From the NCBI GenBank assembly GCA_965287045.1, contig OZ336899.1, positions 12,524,001-12,588,000 of the forward strand: 64,000 nucleotides of DNA, in the 5' to 3' direction. The notes beneath the pieces are model-generated. The model saw nothing but the letters and a program-made list of their open reading frames with translations, did no database searches and was not told the DNA's origin. The stretch comes from Carcharhinus amblyrhynchos. Lineage: Eukaryota. Numbering within the stretch: position 1 is the stretch's first letter; each line of letters opens with the position of its first letter. Made by a program: the position numbers and the translations under genes. Of the stretch, positions 23,862-35,329 are shown piece after piece.

Positions 23862-25550
23862 TGTGTGAGACAGGTTCTGCTCAGAGAAGCCAAAATTGAG
23901 AAGGCCTTCAGGAAAGCAGCACAGAGTAAAAAGTTTCAATTGTATTTGTACTAATGAACTTGCTAATAATTAAGATGAAAAATGCTCTTCCACATCTATT
24001 TGTGTAATTTGTACACCAAAATCAGGCCAATTCATGCAGGGGTATCTGATCCAAGTCCAAAGATAGTAGGGGTACTATAGTTAACCATGCCCGCCTTTGG
24101 AAATTAAAAGAAGCCAACAGTGTCTCCTCATCCTTGACTTCTTGCAGGAAAAAAGTTATATGTGAACAGTCATGGCCAGAAGTAGCTTCAGCTGCCATTA
24201 TACCCTGTCTTCTGGTTGCTCCAACACAAACCCATTGTAAAACCTTCTGATAGTGAAGAACTATCACTTAGTGAGATACTGGTGAGCGCAGGTTAATATC
24301 TTCAGAACAAGGAAAGGAAAATGTGAAGATGAGATTGGAATGAATACAGGATGACTAGGGAACAGCAGAATGTCTCCTCAGTAGCCCTGTCGGTTCAATT
24401 CCAACACCAATAAATTGGATCAATTGGAAAAATGTCTGTGTGAATATTGATCTTTTATCCTTTTTTCCTCTGCGCAAATCATTTTACTAAGATTATAGTG
24501 CAATCTAAAGTCTTCACGTATAAGGACAACAAGGTAGAGGAGCATGATACCTATGAATTTCTAATAGGCTCTGGTGACAAACAAATTACTACACTTCTGG
24601 CATATACTTGGAAAAATTTACATTATTTTGCATATTTCACATGCTGATTGACTTATTGTGTATTTCAAGTATTTTCAGCATGTCCTTTTTTCCCTCTCTT
24701 GCCAAGTGTCTTCCAATTTTTCTACTGTTTCTTCAGTGTGAGAAAGATTCTGCTCAGAGAAACCAAAATTGAGAAGGCTTTTCAGGAAAGCAGTACAGAC
24801 TGAAAAAGTTTCAATTGTGTTTGTATTAATGAACTTGCTAATAACTAGAATGAAAAATGCTCTTCCTTATGTGTTTATACAATTTGCACACCAAAATCAG
24901 GCCAATTCATGCAGGGGCAACTGATCCAAGTCCAATGGTAGTAGGGGCACTACAGCTAACCTCATCGGCCTTTTGAAATTAAAAGGGGCTAGCAGCATCT
25001 CTTCATTCTTGACTTCTGGCAAGAAGAAGATATATTTGAAGAAATTCTGTGATTAGCCATAGTGCCTCTACTATCTTTGGACTTGGATCAGATGCCCCTG
25101 CATGAATTGATCATAGAACATAAATCATAGAATCCCTACAGTGCAGCAGGAGGCCATTTGGCCCATCAAGTCTGCACCAACCACAATTCCACCCAGGCCC
25201 TATTCCCATAACCCCACATATTACCCTGCTAGTCCCCCTGACACGAGGGTCACTTTAGCCTGGCCAATCAACCTAACTCGCATATCTTTGGAATGTGGGA
25301 GGAATCCCTCTCAGACACGGAGAGAATGTGCAAACTGTGGTCAGTGCAGGCTTGGAGGGCCATAGGGCCTGTTCCTGTGTTGTAATTTTCTTTGTTCTTT
25401 CGACACAGACAATGACCCGAGGCCAGAATTGAACCCGGGCCCCTGGCGCTATGAGGCAGCAGTACTTGGTGCTGTGAGGCAGCAGTGCTAACCACTGTGC
25501 CATCATGCTGCCCTTGCCCTGATTTTGGTGTTCAAATTATACAAATACAA
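23862..25550. repeat. Local duplication complex: ~285-bp direct repeats plus an inverted partial copy
   Basis: ~23862-24150 matches ~24737-25025. The core caccaaaatcaggccaattcatgcagggg..ctgatccaagtccaa reappears inverted at ~25057-25110 and ~25517-25550, split by a SINE. Confidence 0.85.
25111..25513 (-). mobile_element. HE1-type V-SINE carrying an internal ~60-bp CR1-tail insertion
   Basis: atcatagaatccctacagtgcag...gaattgaacccgggccctggcgct...gcagcagtgctaaccactgtgcc. A plus-strand tail-like insert lies at ~25339-25400. Confidence 0.88.
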
Positions 25551-25825
25551 TGTTGCTGCTTTTCTAAGGTACTATTCTTTGGGCTGTTGCTGATAACCCA
25601 CTAAAGTACCTACTGTTCAGTTCCAACTCTCTGTATGGGTCAGCCTTGGAGTTGTATGTTGCCAGTATGTTAACTGGAGCCCAGTGCCATTCAGGATTTA
25701 TATACATGCCCTTTCCAACAATGTACTGTTGGATTTTCCCTTTCTTAACAAAATAGATGCTGGAGTCAATTGCACAACTCAGCTCAGATCAACTGACAAA
25801 AGACAGCCTATGCATTAAAACTAAA

Positions 25826-26090
25826 GGGGACAATCTTACCGGCTCGTCGCGTCAGTCAATTGGTGTAATGAGCCAGTAAGATCACATGAGAGGTAGAAAA
25901 CCGAGTTTGCACTCAGTTATTCACCACCTGCAATATTACCAACTCTGTTTTGCTGGCGTACTCTTGGACACAGTGTACTGAGAGATCAGGGCATTTGCAC
26001 AATAGCACCCTGTAGCTGTTTGCAGCCAGCTTCCTAGCATGAATAGACTTTGTCCACTCCCGCTACTGGTGAGAATCACACTTTGCTTCA
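25826..26090 (+). mobile_element. Non-autonomous DNA element fragment (putative Harbinger-related family)
   Basis: The start gggacaatcttaccggctc...aattggtgtaatgagccagtaagat is an internal hairpin and resembles 48453 gggacgcaatcctaccggctcaattggcacgatgagc. Confidence 0.5.
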
Positions 26091-26211
26091 TTTATTTTCT
26101 AAGATAACATCTGAGAGCTTACTTAACAAATGGGTATGGTGCTTTCCTATATTCATGTTCACTTAGTACTTAGAATGTTTTTGGTATGATTGCCCCCAAA
26201 GTGTTCTACTT

Positions 26212-28122
26212 AAACTATGAAGCTGGGCTGAAACTATGAAGCTGGGCTAGTGCTTAATATAAAAAAGGATAGCAAGAGTTTTTATAAATATATAAAAAGG
26301 AAGAGGCTGGCTAGGGTGAACGTTGGTCCCTTAGAGGATGAGAAGGGGGACTTAGTGGTAGGGGATGGGGAAATGGCTGAGGTCTTGAATAACTTTTTTG
26401 TTTCGGTCTTCACGGAGGAGGACGTGAATAATTTGCCGGATGTTAGAGATGGAAAGGTGGTAGGACTGGAGGGTCTCGATGACATTACTGTTACTAGAGA
26501 GGTGGTGCTCGACAGAGTGGAGGGGCTGATTGTGGACAAGTCCCCAGGACCGGATGGAATGCATCCGAGGGTCCTGAAAGAAATGGCGGAGGTGATAGTG
26601 GATGCCTTGGTGGTTATTTTCCAGACGTCGCTGGATTCCGGGGAAGTGCTGGAAGATTGGAAAACGGCTAATGTTACGCCGTTGTTTAAGAAGGGTGCCA
26701 GGCAAAAGGCGGGGAATTATAGGCCTGTTAGTTTAACGTCTGTTGTAGGTAAAATGTTAGAATCCGTCATCAAGGAGGAAATAGCGAGGCATCTTGAGGG
26801 GAACTGCTTGATAGAGCAGACGCAGCACGGTTTCCTTAAAGGGAAGTCGTGTCTGACAAATTTACTGGAGTTCTATGAGGATGTGTCTAGGGCGGTGGAT
26901 AGAGGAGAGTCGGTGGATGTGGTCTTTCTTGATTTTCAGAAGGCGTTTGACAAGGTACCTCACAAGAGGTTATTGCAGAAGGTCAGGGGGCATGGAGTTG
27001 GGGGTAGGGTGTTAGCGTGGCTAGAGGACTGGTTGTCAAATAGGAGGCAGAGAGTGGGGGTCATTGGGTGCTATTCGGATTGGCGGATGGTGACTAGTGG
27101 AGTGCCCCAGGGGTCGGTGCTGGGGCCTCAGCTATTTACCATTTATATAGATGATCTGGAGGAGGGAACCGAGTGTAGGGTGTCGAAATTTGCTGATGAC
27201 ACCAAAATTGGTGGAACGGCAAATTGTGCGGAGGTGGTGAGAGTCTACAGAAGGATCTAGATAGGCTGGGCGAATGGGCCAGGAAATGGCAAATGGAATT
27301 TAATGTTGGCAAGTGCGAGGTGGTCCACTTTGGTAGGAATAATGGTAGGAAGGATTATTACTCACGTGGAGAAAAACTGCAGCAGGCGACAGTGCAGAGG
27401 GACCTCGGGGTCCTTGTGCATGAGTCGCAAAAACCCAGCTTGCAGGTGCAGCAGGTGGTCAGGAAGGCTAATGGGATGCTGGCCTTCATCGCGAGGGGGA
27501 TTGAATATAAAAGTAGGGAGGTCTTGCTGTGGCTGTATAGGGCATTGGTGAGGCTGCAGCTGGAGTACTGTGTGCAGTTTTGGGCGCCGCACCTGCGCAA
27601 AGATATTTTGGCCTTGGAGGGAGTGCAGAGGAGGTTTACTAGGCTGATGCTGGAGTTGAGGGGGTTGAGCTATGAGGAGAGGCTGAATAAATTAGGCTTG
27701 TACTCGTTAGAGTTTAGAAGAATGAGGGGAGATCTCATTGAGATGTATAAGATGATGAATGGGATGGATAGGATAGAGGTGGAGAGACTCTTCCCGCTCA
27801 GAAAGGATAGTAGGACTAGGGGGCACAGCCTCAAGATAAAGGGGGGGCGGTTTAGAACGGAGTCGAGGAGGAACTTCTTCACTCAAAGGGTGGTGAATGT
27901 CTGGCATTCTCTGCCTGTTGAAGTGGTGGAGGCTACCTCGCTAAATATTTTTAAGACGCGGGTTGATGGGTTTTTGATAAGAGAGGGGATTAAGGGTTAT
28001 GGGGAGAGGGCGGGAATGTGGAACTGAGCCACGACAGATCAGCCATGATCTTATTGAATGGCGGGGCAGGCTCGAAGGGCTAGTTGGCCTACTCCTGCTC
28101 CTATTTCTTATGTTCTTATGTT
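26212..28122 (+). mobile_element. Young 5'-truncated CR1 LINE (family A)
   Basis: ORFs 26250-27260 and 27224-28027 are separated by one frameshift at ~27232. Near-identical to 9827-11723. (TTCTTATG)n tail. Confidence 0.97.
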
Positions 28123-28531
28123 AGCAACATGCCAACTCATCAGCAGTGCATTTCACTGATCTATTTTTTGTTTAATATTTGTAAACAGCCTTCCAGTTCC
28201 CTCAGTTTTTATATCACTTTTCTCCCTCTCTTTCCCTTCTTTCATTCTTTTTCCTTTGTTGCACATTGTCACCTCCCTCACTTTCTCTCCCACTGTCTCA
28301 CTGTCTCTCCCTCTGCCTCTGTCTGGCCTTCTAGATTTGACAGCCTGTATGCCTCCCTTAATTAGACAGGGAATATGTCTCCTTGCCAGTTAAGTGGTGT
28401 CTTGGTCAAAATTCCACCTCAAAAGTGAAAATGCAGCCCTCTGTCTCTCACACTCTCCTCACATTCTCTCGCTCTCCTATTTGTATAAGGTCTTCACATG
28501 ACCCCTCTGTCGCCCTTTCTCACTCTTTGGC

Positions 28532-28533
<2 letters not shown>

Positions 28534-28601
<68 letters not shown>
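28534..28601. repeat. (AC)n microsatellite, ~34 units
   Basis: Perfect dinucleotide run. Confidence 0.99.
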
Positions 28602-28605
<4 letters not shown>

Positions 28606-30249
28606 AAAGCACCATCTAAAGTCTGTAATGTGGTATCATGAGGCCTCATTGTTTTGCATATCTCATGCCCTCCCCTAACGAGTACCATCACCGCTGCCTT
28701 CTGCTGCCCGTTGTTTTAAGTATTTAGACTGATGAGCCCAATTCCGCACAGGGCCCTATTGCTGCAGTGATTAATGCAGGGATGGAACAATGTTAGCACG
28801 AGGGCTGCACCTGGCTGTCAGTGCAGCGTCAGCTACAGCTCGATCAGCCAATAATTGATGATTCCTGCCTGTAATTTGCAAGTCAAATATAAAAAGAAGG
28901 CTAACTGGTGTGTGGATTAGACTGCGTTTTATTTATTTATTAAGAATCCCCTGCTTTGTAAAACAAATGACGATCCACAGCAGAGACATCATCGCTGAGA
29001 CTCGATAAATATTTTATCAGGCATAATGGAAATTGTCAAATCAATCTAATTGTACAATATGTTATCAAAATATTGGATGTACAGGTTTTGGCCCAGACCT
29101 TGTCATTTCTGTTCTGCTTGAAGTCTGTGTTGTGTCTAAATGTGGATCAGAGAGCTGGAAAAATATCCAAATTCTTTTGCTTGTGCTAACTGTGATTTCT
29201 TAATCGTATTTTTAATCAAGTTTTTTTTTAAGTTTTCAATCCTTTATATTTCTTCCTTCCAGTGCTGGTCTTGAGATAATCTTGTTGCAAATGTGGATGT
29301 CGAGGTTGGTAGCTTTGTGTCTGACTTTCTCTGGCCTAGTTCTTTGGAAGTGTCTTCAAGACAAAGAATTATTATTTTTTCAATGATCTGCAGAACTCTG
29401 GATGTCATAGCTCTGGTAGATAAACTAATTGGGCATAAGTATCTTACGTATTTCCTTTTTAATTATCTCATTTCTCTGCCTGGCCTAAGCAAACAGTATC
29501 TATCTCCAGCAACCTAGTGTAGTTACCTAGCAATTGTCCAGTCACATATTCCCAGTTTCTCAGTACTTGCCACATGCTTCGTCTCCTGACTGGAGATGAC
29601 CTGAAATCAGGCAGATGCTGAAAGTCATAATTGTATCCAATTCATCCCATTTATAATTATGGGACGTGTTTATCCATCAGGCCTTAGTTCAGCTGTCCAG
29701 CAGCCACTGAATGATGCAATCCCCTTGAGATGAATGATCAGAGCATGATGGAGCTATAACGATCTCAAATGAGCACCTATGAACTCACTGGGAAATAGGA
29801 TTACCAATTTTGTCTCCTGTTGGAGTTATTAGCTATTAAAGAAATTGATGAGCACCATATTGGTTGATAAGTATATGAATAAACCAGTGACATAATTAAA
29901 GGCACATTTGAAGCTCTGCTGTCTTTCAAAGTGACTTGAAGGCATTTGACACTGAAACTGACAACATGCTCTGAATCAGTTATACTCCATACTGTAAGCA
30001 GGCCCAGGTTCTTCAACAGAGTAACAGGCCAATATTTTGGGCAGAATGTAGCTGGTCACCCATCCACCCTATGCTTTCAAACCTCCCATCAGGGGTCCAT
30101 TCTATGATTTTGGTACCTTGAATCCTATTTGCCAACATGAATTCATCCAGCCTTTTTTTAAAACTAACCGTGGTTTCTAATCCCATATGCAAGCTGGTAA
30201 TCTAGTCTACCATTCTTTCGTAAAGGCTGAGCCTGCAATTCTGCCATCA

Positions 30250-30377
30250 GGAGCCATATGGAAACATTCAATCCCTCAAGCCTACTCTGCCATTCAATTG
30301 GATCATTGCTGATCTGCAACTCAACTGTGTTTATCCATCTTTTCTCCATATCTTTCAATACTCTGACCAAACAAAAG
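30250..30377 (-). mobile_element. Old CR1 3'-tail fragment
   Basis: The reverse complement contains gcagatcagcaatgatccaattgaatggcagagtaggcttgagggattgaatg, a CR1 3'UTR. Confidence 0.7.
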
Positions 30378-30784
30378 TATAAGGGAGATGATTTCAGTAT
30401 TGTGAAAGTATGGTGGTGTCCTATTCCATTGGTCTCTGCAATCCTCAGTTTAAACATTGAGCCCAGCACAGCTATGGGAAGATTGCTTCATCCTGTCCAC
30501 CCTAAATAGAAGCTGAAGAGCAACATTCAAGGTGCCCCTCCCAACACAAGTGAAGTGACAACACACGTAGAAAAGTGAATGCATGAATATGATGAGATGC
30601 TATGGCAGACATTTGTCATTAATATTCAGGGCCATGCTTTTAGTTCACACCAATCTTTTGTGGTTTTTTCCAGTTTGTCCCTATCATTTCACGCTTGTGT
30701 ATGATTCTGTAAGCATATAGCTTTTACACTTTGTACAAGCAAACGTTCTGCACTTTGAGAGGTGTGCAGTAACCGTCAGTCAGT

Positions 30785-30985
30785 TGGATGTAGAATAATT
30801 TGCAGTCTGAACATCTGTACGTGTAGAATAGCTCAATGTGTGTACATATGGGATAACTCAGAAACTGTATGTGGAGATCTGTAGTATAGCTAGCAGTATG
30901 GACTTGTGTACTTATGGGATAATGTGTAGGATAACTTGTGTATGTGTAGGATAACTTGCAGTCTGGATGTTTGAATACGCAAGTA
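30785..30985. repeat. Degenerate minisatellite (TGTGTAGGATAACT-like units)
   Basis: Recurrent tgtagaataa / tgggataact / tgtgtaggataacttg units. Confidence 0.6.
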
Positions 30986-31024
30986 CTCTCCAAAGTGTAC
31001 TGCACAAGATAGCTGATGTGCAGT

Positions 31025-31915
31025 AATGACACAAAGCTGAGTGGGAGGATGAACTGTGAGGAGTGATTTTGACAAGTTGACTGAATGGGCAAATGATTGA
31101 CAGATGCAGTATAATTTAGGTAACTGTGAGGTTATCCACTTTGGTAGCAAAAACAGGAAGGCAGATTACTCTCTGAATGGCCTTAAATTAGGAGAGGGGA
31201 ATGTGCAAGAAGACCTGAATATCCTCATATACCAGTCCACTGGAGGTAAGCATGCAGATGTAGCAGGCAGTAAAAAAGGCAAATGGTATATTGGCCTTTA
31301 CAGTGAGAGGATTTGAGTGCAGGAACAGGGATGTCTTGATGCAATTATTCTGGGCCTTGGTAAGGCCTAGAATATTGTTTGCAGTTTTGGTCTCCTTATC
31401 TGAGGAAGGATGTTCTTGTTCTGGATGGAGTGCAGAGAAGATTTACCAGGTGGCAAGATGGCAGGACTGAAGTATGAGGCAAAATGAAATCGATAACGAT
31501 CGTATTCGCTGCAGTTCAGAAGGATGAGAGGGGATTTCAGAGGAACCTATAAAATTCTAACATGACTAGACAGGGTAGATGCAAGAAGGATGTTTCCGAT
31601 GATGGGTGTGTCCAGAAACCGGGGTCACACTCTGAGGATACAGGGTAGACTACTTAGGACAGAGATGAGAAGAAATTTCTTCAGCCAGTGAGTGGTCAGG
31701 CTATGGAATTCGTTACCACAGAAAGCAGTTGAGGCCAAAACAGTGACTGTTTTCAAAAAGCAGTTTGATATAGCACTTGAGAAAAAGGGGGATCAAAGGA
31801 TATGGGGGGGAAGGTGGGATTAGGCTATTTAGTTGGATGATTGGCCACGATCATAATGAATGGGGGAACAGGCTCGAAGGGCCAAATGGCCTCCTCCTGC
31901 TCCTACTTTCTATGC
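31025..31915 (+). mobile_element. Degenerate CR1 3' fragment
   Basis: MQYNLGNCEVIHFGSKN, RRMRGDF and RGHTLRI motifs. 3'UTR ggctcgaagggccaaatggcctcctcctgctcct. Confidence 0.9.
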
Positions 31916-33894
31916 TGTTGAAAAACAATATGCCTCTGTTCTCCTGTTTCCACATCATAGCTATTGAGAGTGTACAGTCTGTCTAATATTTGTGTTGTGA
32001 CCATTGAGAGGTATCCTTTCCATAAATATGGCTGACAGTTTTAGTGGGAGACGGAATTTGGTGTGAATCATTTTGTCAGTTGATCCACTCAGTCAGTCAA
32101 TTCCAAGATAGTGTTAGCTTACATAATTTGTTGGGGAAATTTTCCTTCCCTTTTTTGCAAGCTTGGGTCACAGAGGTGTTTCTTCCTTTTCAATATGAAT
32201 TTGAAAAGAAAGGTTAAAAGGAAGACTTTGGCTGGGTTATGTTGCACAGTTCAGTGAGGCTTCACAAGCAAAGAGCACATCTTGTGTTATCTCAATGTCT
32301 TCGTAAAACTGTTAGGAATAGTTAGGTAGGTGAGTAATAATCTTATTGTAGTTTACCTTTTCCTTTGTAACATGGCTATTGATGGAATATCATGCTTCAA
32401 AAAATATGCATTTTGAGACAGCTATGTATTAAATATGAGTATTACTATAGGCAAATTCCAATTCTTGCTTGTTTTTAGTGGTTAAGAATATCTCTGGCTC
32501 AATGGTCTGGACTTGAAAAAGTGATGTTAAGGGAATCGAAGGGCAATTAAGGATGTAAAAAGACGTCTTTTTTTCTGGAGCTACCATAATTAGTGGTTGT
32601 CTGTGAGGCTCATGCAGTCTTTACCTTCGTAATTCACAAAACATCGTTGTAGTATCAACACATTTTTAAAAACAAGCAGGAACTCTGTCTGCGCCCTCTC
32701 TCCACTCAATGAATTTCTTACTCAGTCAGGAAACCAGTTCAGGAGAGAAAAACAAAACAGAAGTACTAGTGTTCATTCTGAAAATGAAGAGTCAGATGTC
32801 TCCTTTCAATCCCCAGGTATTGTTAATGTACATTCTATCCATTGCAAGTTGCAGTTAAGAGAAAGTTATTTAAGTGTATAAAGGAGAAAAACCTGGGACT
32901 GGATGAGATGAAGCAAGCTGTGAAGTGACTGTGAAGCAAAAATATTGGTATAGACCTGTTGGGTCGGATGGCCTATTCCTGTGCTGTAAGGTTTTGTGTG
33001 TGACCCTTTGGTTCCGAATTATAGGTACTGTTACACCTGGGGCTCTGTGCAGGTATGTACCAGTGCCATGCTTTTATTCATGGGTAGAGGAGTCAGTTGC
33101 CATATGTACACTAAGTTCTGCTCAATTACTGTTCTTTTGCACACAGAGAGCATGCTGTTTGAGCTCCTTGCCACTGAGTAACTAAGGCCAGATGTTCAAC
33201 CATGATGACACACATCATGAGAGTTCTAGAATGCTTTGTTACATTCTGGAGTGAAGCCATAGGATGAAGGGATGATAAACAAATGCACAGTTGCAAATGA
33301 GTTTGCATGGGCTTAAAAATCACGATTGGCACTGTTGGTGTTGGTATGACATTTATCTATCTGTTTTAATACAGGTTTTTTATTTTAAATGAAGTAACAA
33401 CTCTGCTAAAATAGCAGATAAATGAGTGTCATACGAACATACTGTGCATTAAGATCACCAATGATAATTTATAGGCTACGCTATAAAACTGTCTGCCAGT
33501 GCTGTACAAAGGCATGTTAAGAGATTGGCTGAGTGGCAGGAGACAGAGGAGGGATAATGGGCAGGTTATTCTAATTTGGCAGAGTGTGACTATAGGTATT
33601 CCACAGGGATCTGTGTTGGGGCCTCAATTATACACTGTATTTATTAGCGACATAGAAGACCAGATAGAAAACCACATATCCAAGTTTGTCACTGACACAA
33701 AGATAGGTGACATTGTTAGCAGTGTAATTGGAAGCATAAAATTAAAGCAGTAATAATAGAATAATTAAAGTGGAAAACAATGGTAAATGGATTTTAATTA
33801 AAGGCAAGTATGAAATCATCCACTTTGGATCTTAAAGGTTTAGATCAGAATATTTTTTAAATCGTGAAAGGTGATAAGCAGTGAAGAAAGGAAG

Positions 33895-34155
33895 AAAAAC
33901 TTGCATTTATTTCGTCCTTTTCACAATTACCAGACTTCTCAAAGCACTTTGCAGCCAATTAAGTACTTTTTGAAATGTCGCTATTGAAATGTAGGAAACG
34001 TAGAAACCAATTTGCACACAGAAAACTCTCACAAACAACAATTTGTTAATAACCAGAGAATAGGTTTCTTTGTGATGTTGATTTAAGGATAAGTAATTGC
34101 CAGGAACCAAGGTGAACTGCCCTGTTCTTCTACAAAATAGTACAATGGGATTCAC
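33895..34155 (-). mobile_element. DeuSINE (SacSINE1-like)
   Basis: aacttgcatttat...caaagcactttgcagccaat...ccaatttgcacacag...cacaaacaac...gtgatgttgatttaaggataagt, a Deu-domain-like sequence. Confidence 0.7.
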
Positions 34156-34725
34156 AGAGGAGCTAACTTTTCAGCCTCGCCACACTTGGCACAGATTGCG
34201 CCAATCCTGGAAAATAGCATGTGGGCCTAAAAATCGGTTTCATGCCCAGTGCCAAATGGTTTGCCATCGTTCGGGTCCCTTTCTAATGGCACAAATTGGA
34301 TTGCACCCTGAAAGGTTGCAAGGTCAATTAGCATATTTAAATTAACACTTAAATATACATAGGCCATTTTCAGCTCCCCAGACTTCTGACCTTCAAGTGT
34401 GGTGTGAGACCAGTGAAAATCACTACTAGCCCACCACTAGTGGAGACCAGGCTTATGGGTACACCGGGTGGGTTCGGAGGCCATTGAGGCCCCCGGGTGA
34501 TCGGGAACATGGCTAGGCTGTGTCCATCTGATAGTGCCCACCTGACAACCTGGCAATGACAATTGGGCACTGTTAGTGTGTAAGGAGAAGTGCCGTGGGG
34601 GTGAAGCCTAAGCACTGGCTATGATGTGGGGGGGATGGGGGGTTGCGGTGCGAGGGGGCTATGATTGCAGCAGCCTTGCAGGGGGAGCATGTCAGGAGAC
34701 ATGCCGGAGGGGCACCTATCAGAGG
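34156..34725 (+). mobile_element. GC-rich non-autonomous element (putative Harbinger-related family)
   Basis: Shares ggaggccattgaggcccc.ggtg.tcgg...cacctg.ca.cctggca with ~48715-48830 and ~55460. Confidence 0.5.
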
Positions 34726-35329
34726 TCATGGAAACTGTATTCATATTGTTCTGGATATCACATCTTAGGAAGAATACATTAGCTTTAGAGTGAATGCAGC
34801 ATTGACCTACGAAAATGATACCTGGGCTCTAAGGATTTAATGATGAGGAGAGATTGCACAAACTACGATTGTATCCACTGGAATTTGAAAGACTAAGGTG
34901 GTTCGATTGAAGTCTTCAAGAGATAAAAGGGGACTATTTCCACTGGTTAGAGAATCTAGGAATATGGAATATAGCCAAAAATAATCAGGCCTTTCAGAAT
35001 TGAAATTAGAAAGCATTTGTACACACAGAGGATGGTAAAACAGTAGTTCATACTGTGTTAATTGTTAATTTTAAGTTTGAGATTTCTTTTAACTAAACAA
35101 GGAGGGGCAATAGTGGAGTTAGCCATGATTCTACTGAATAGTGGAACAGGCTGGAGGAGCAAAATGGCCATCCCTGTTCCGATGTTTCTATATAAGTTTA
35201 TTGTTAAATCAGAGGCAAATACCACTCCTGAAAATCTTTCTGTGTACACAATGTTGCATCAATTTGTTTTAAACTGGATAAACATATCAGTTATCTTACT
35301 GTACCAATAGTCCAGAAAAACAGTTCAAG

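Larger units (their letters stand above)
33515..35190 (+). mobile_element. Old CR1 fragment split by nested SINE and DNA-element insertions
   Basis: GIPQGSVLGPQLY...SKFVTDTK at 33515-33890. The element resumes at ~34730 and ends in a CR1 3'UTR at ~35190. Confidence 0.8.

Noticed and set aside
28383-28691. ORFs with poly-HT or poly-CV runs
   Set aside because: They are translations of the (AC)n microsatellite.
28729-28760. CTGATGA-GCCC...GGGC looks like the start of a hammerhead ribozyme
   Set aside because: The stem is followed by CCTA rather than the required GAAA box, and there is no PLE context.
32760-32825. Possible host exon ending at CCCCAG|GTATTG
   Set aside because: No supportable acceptor site, reading frame or recognisable peptide.
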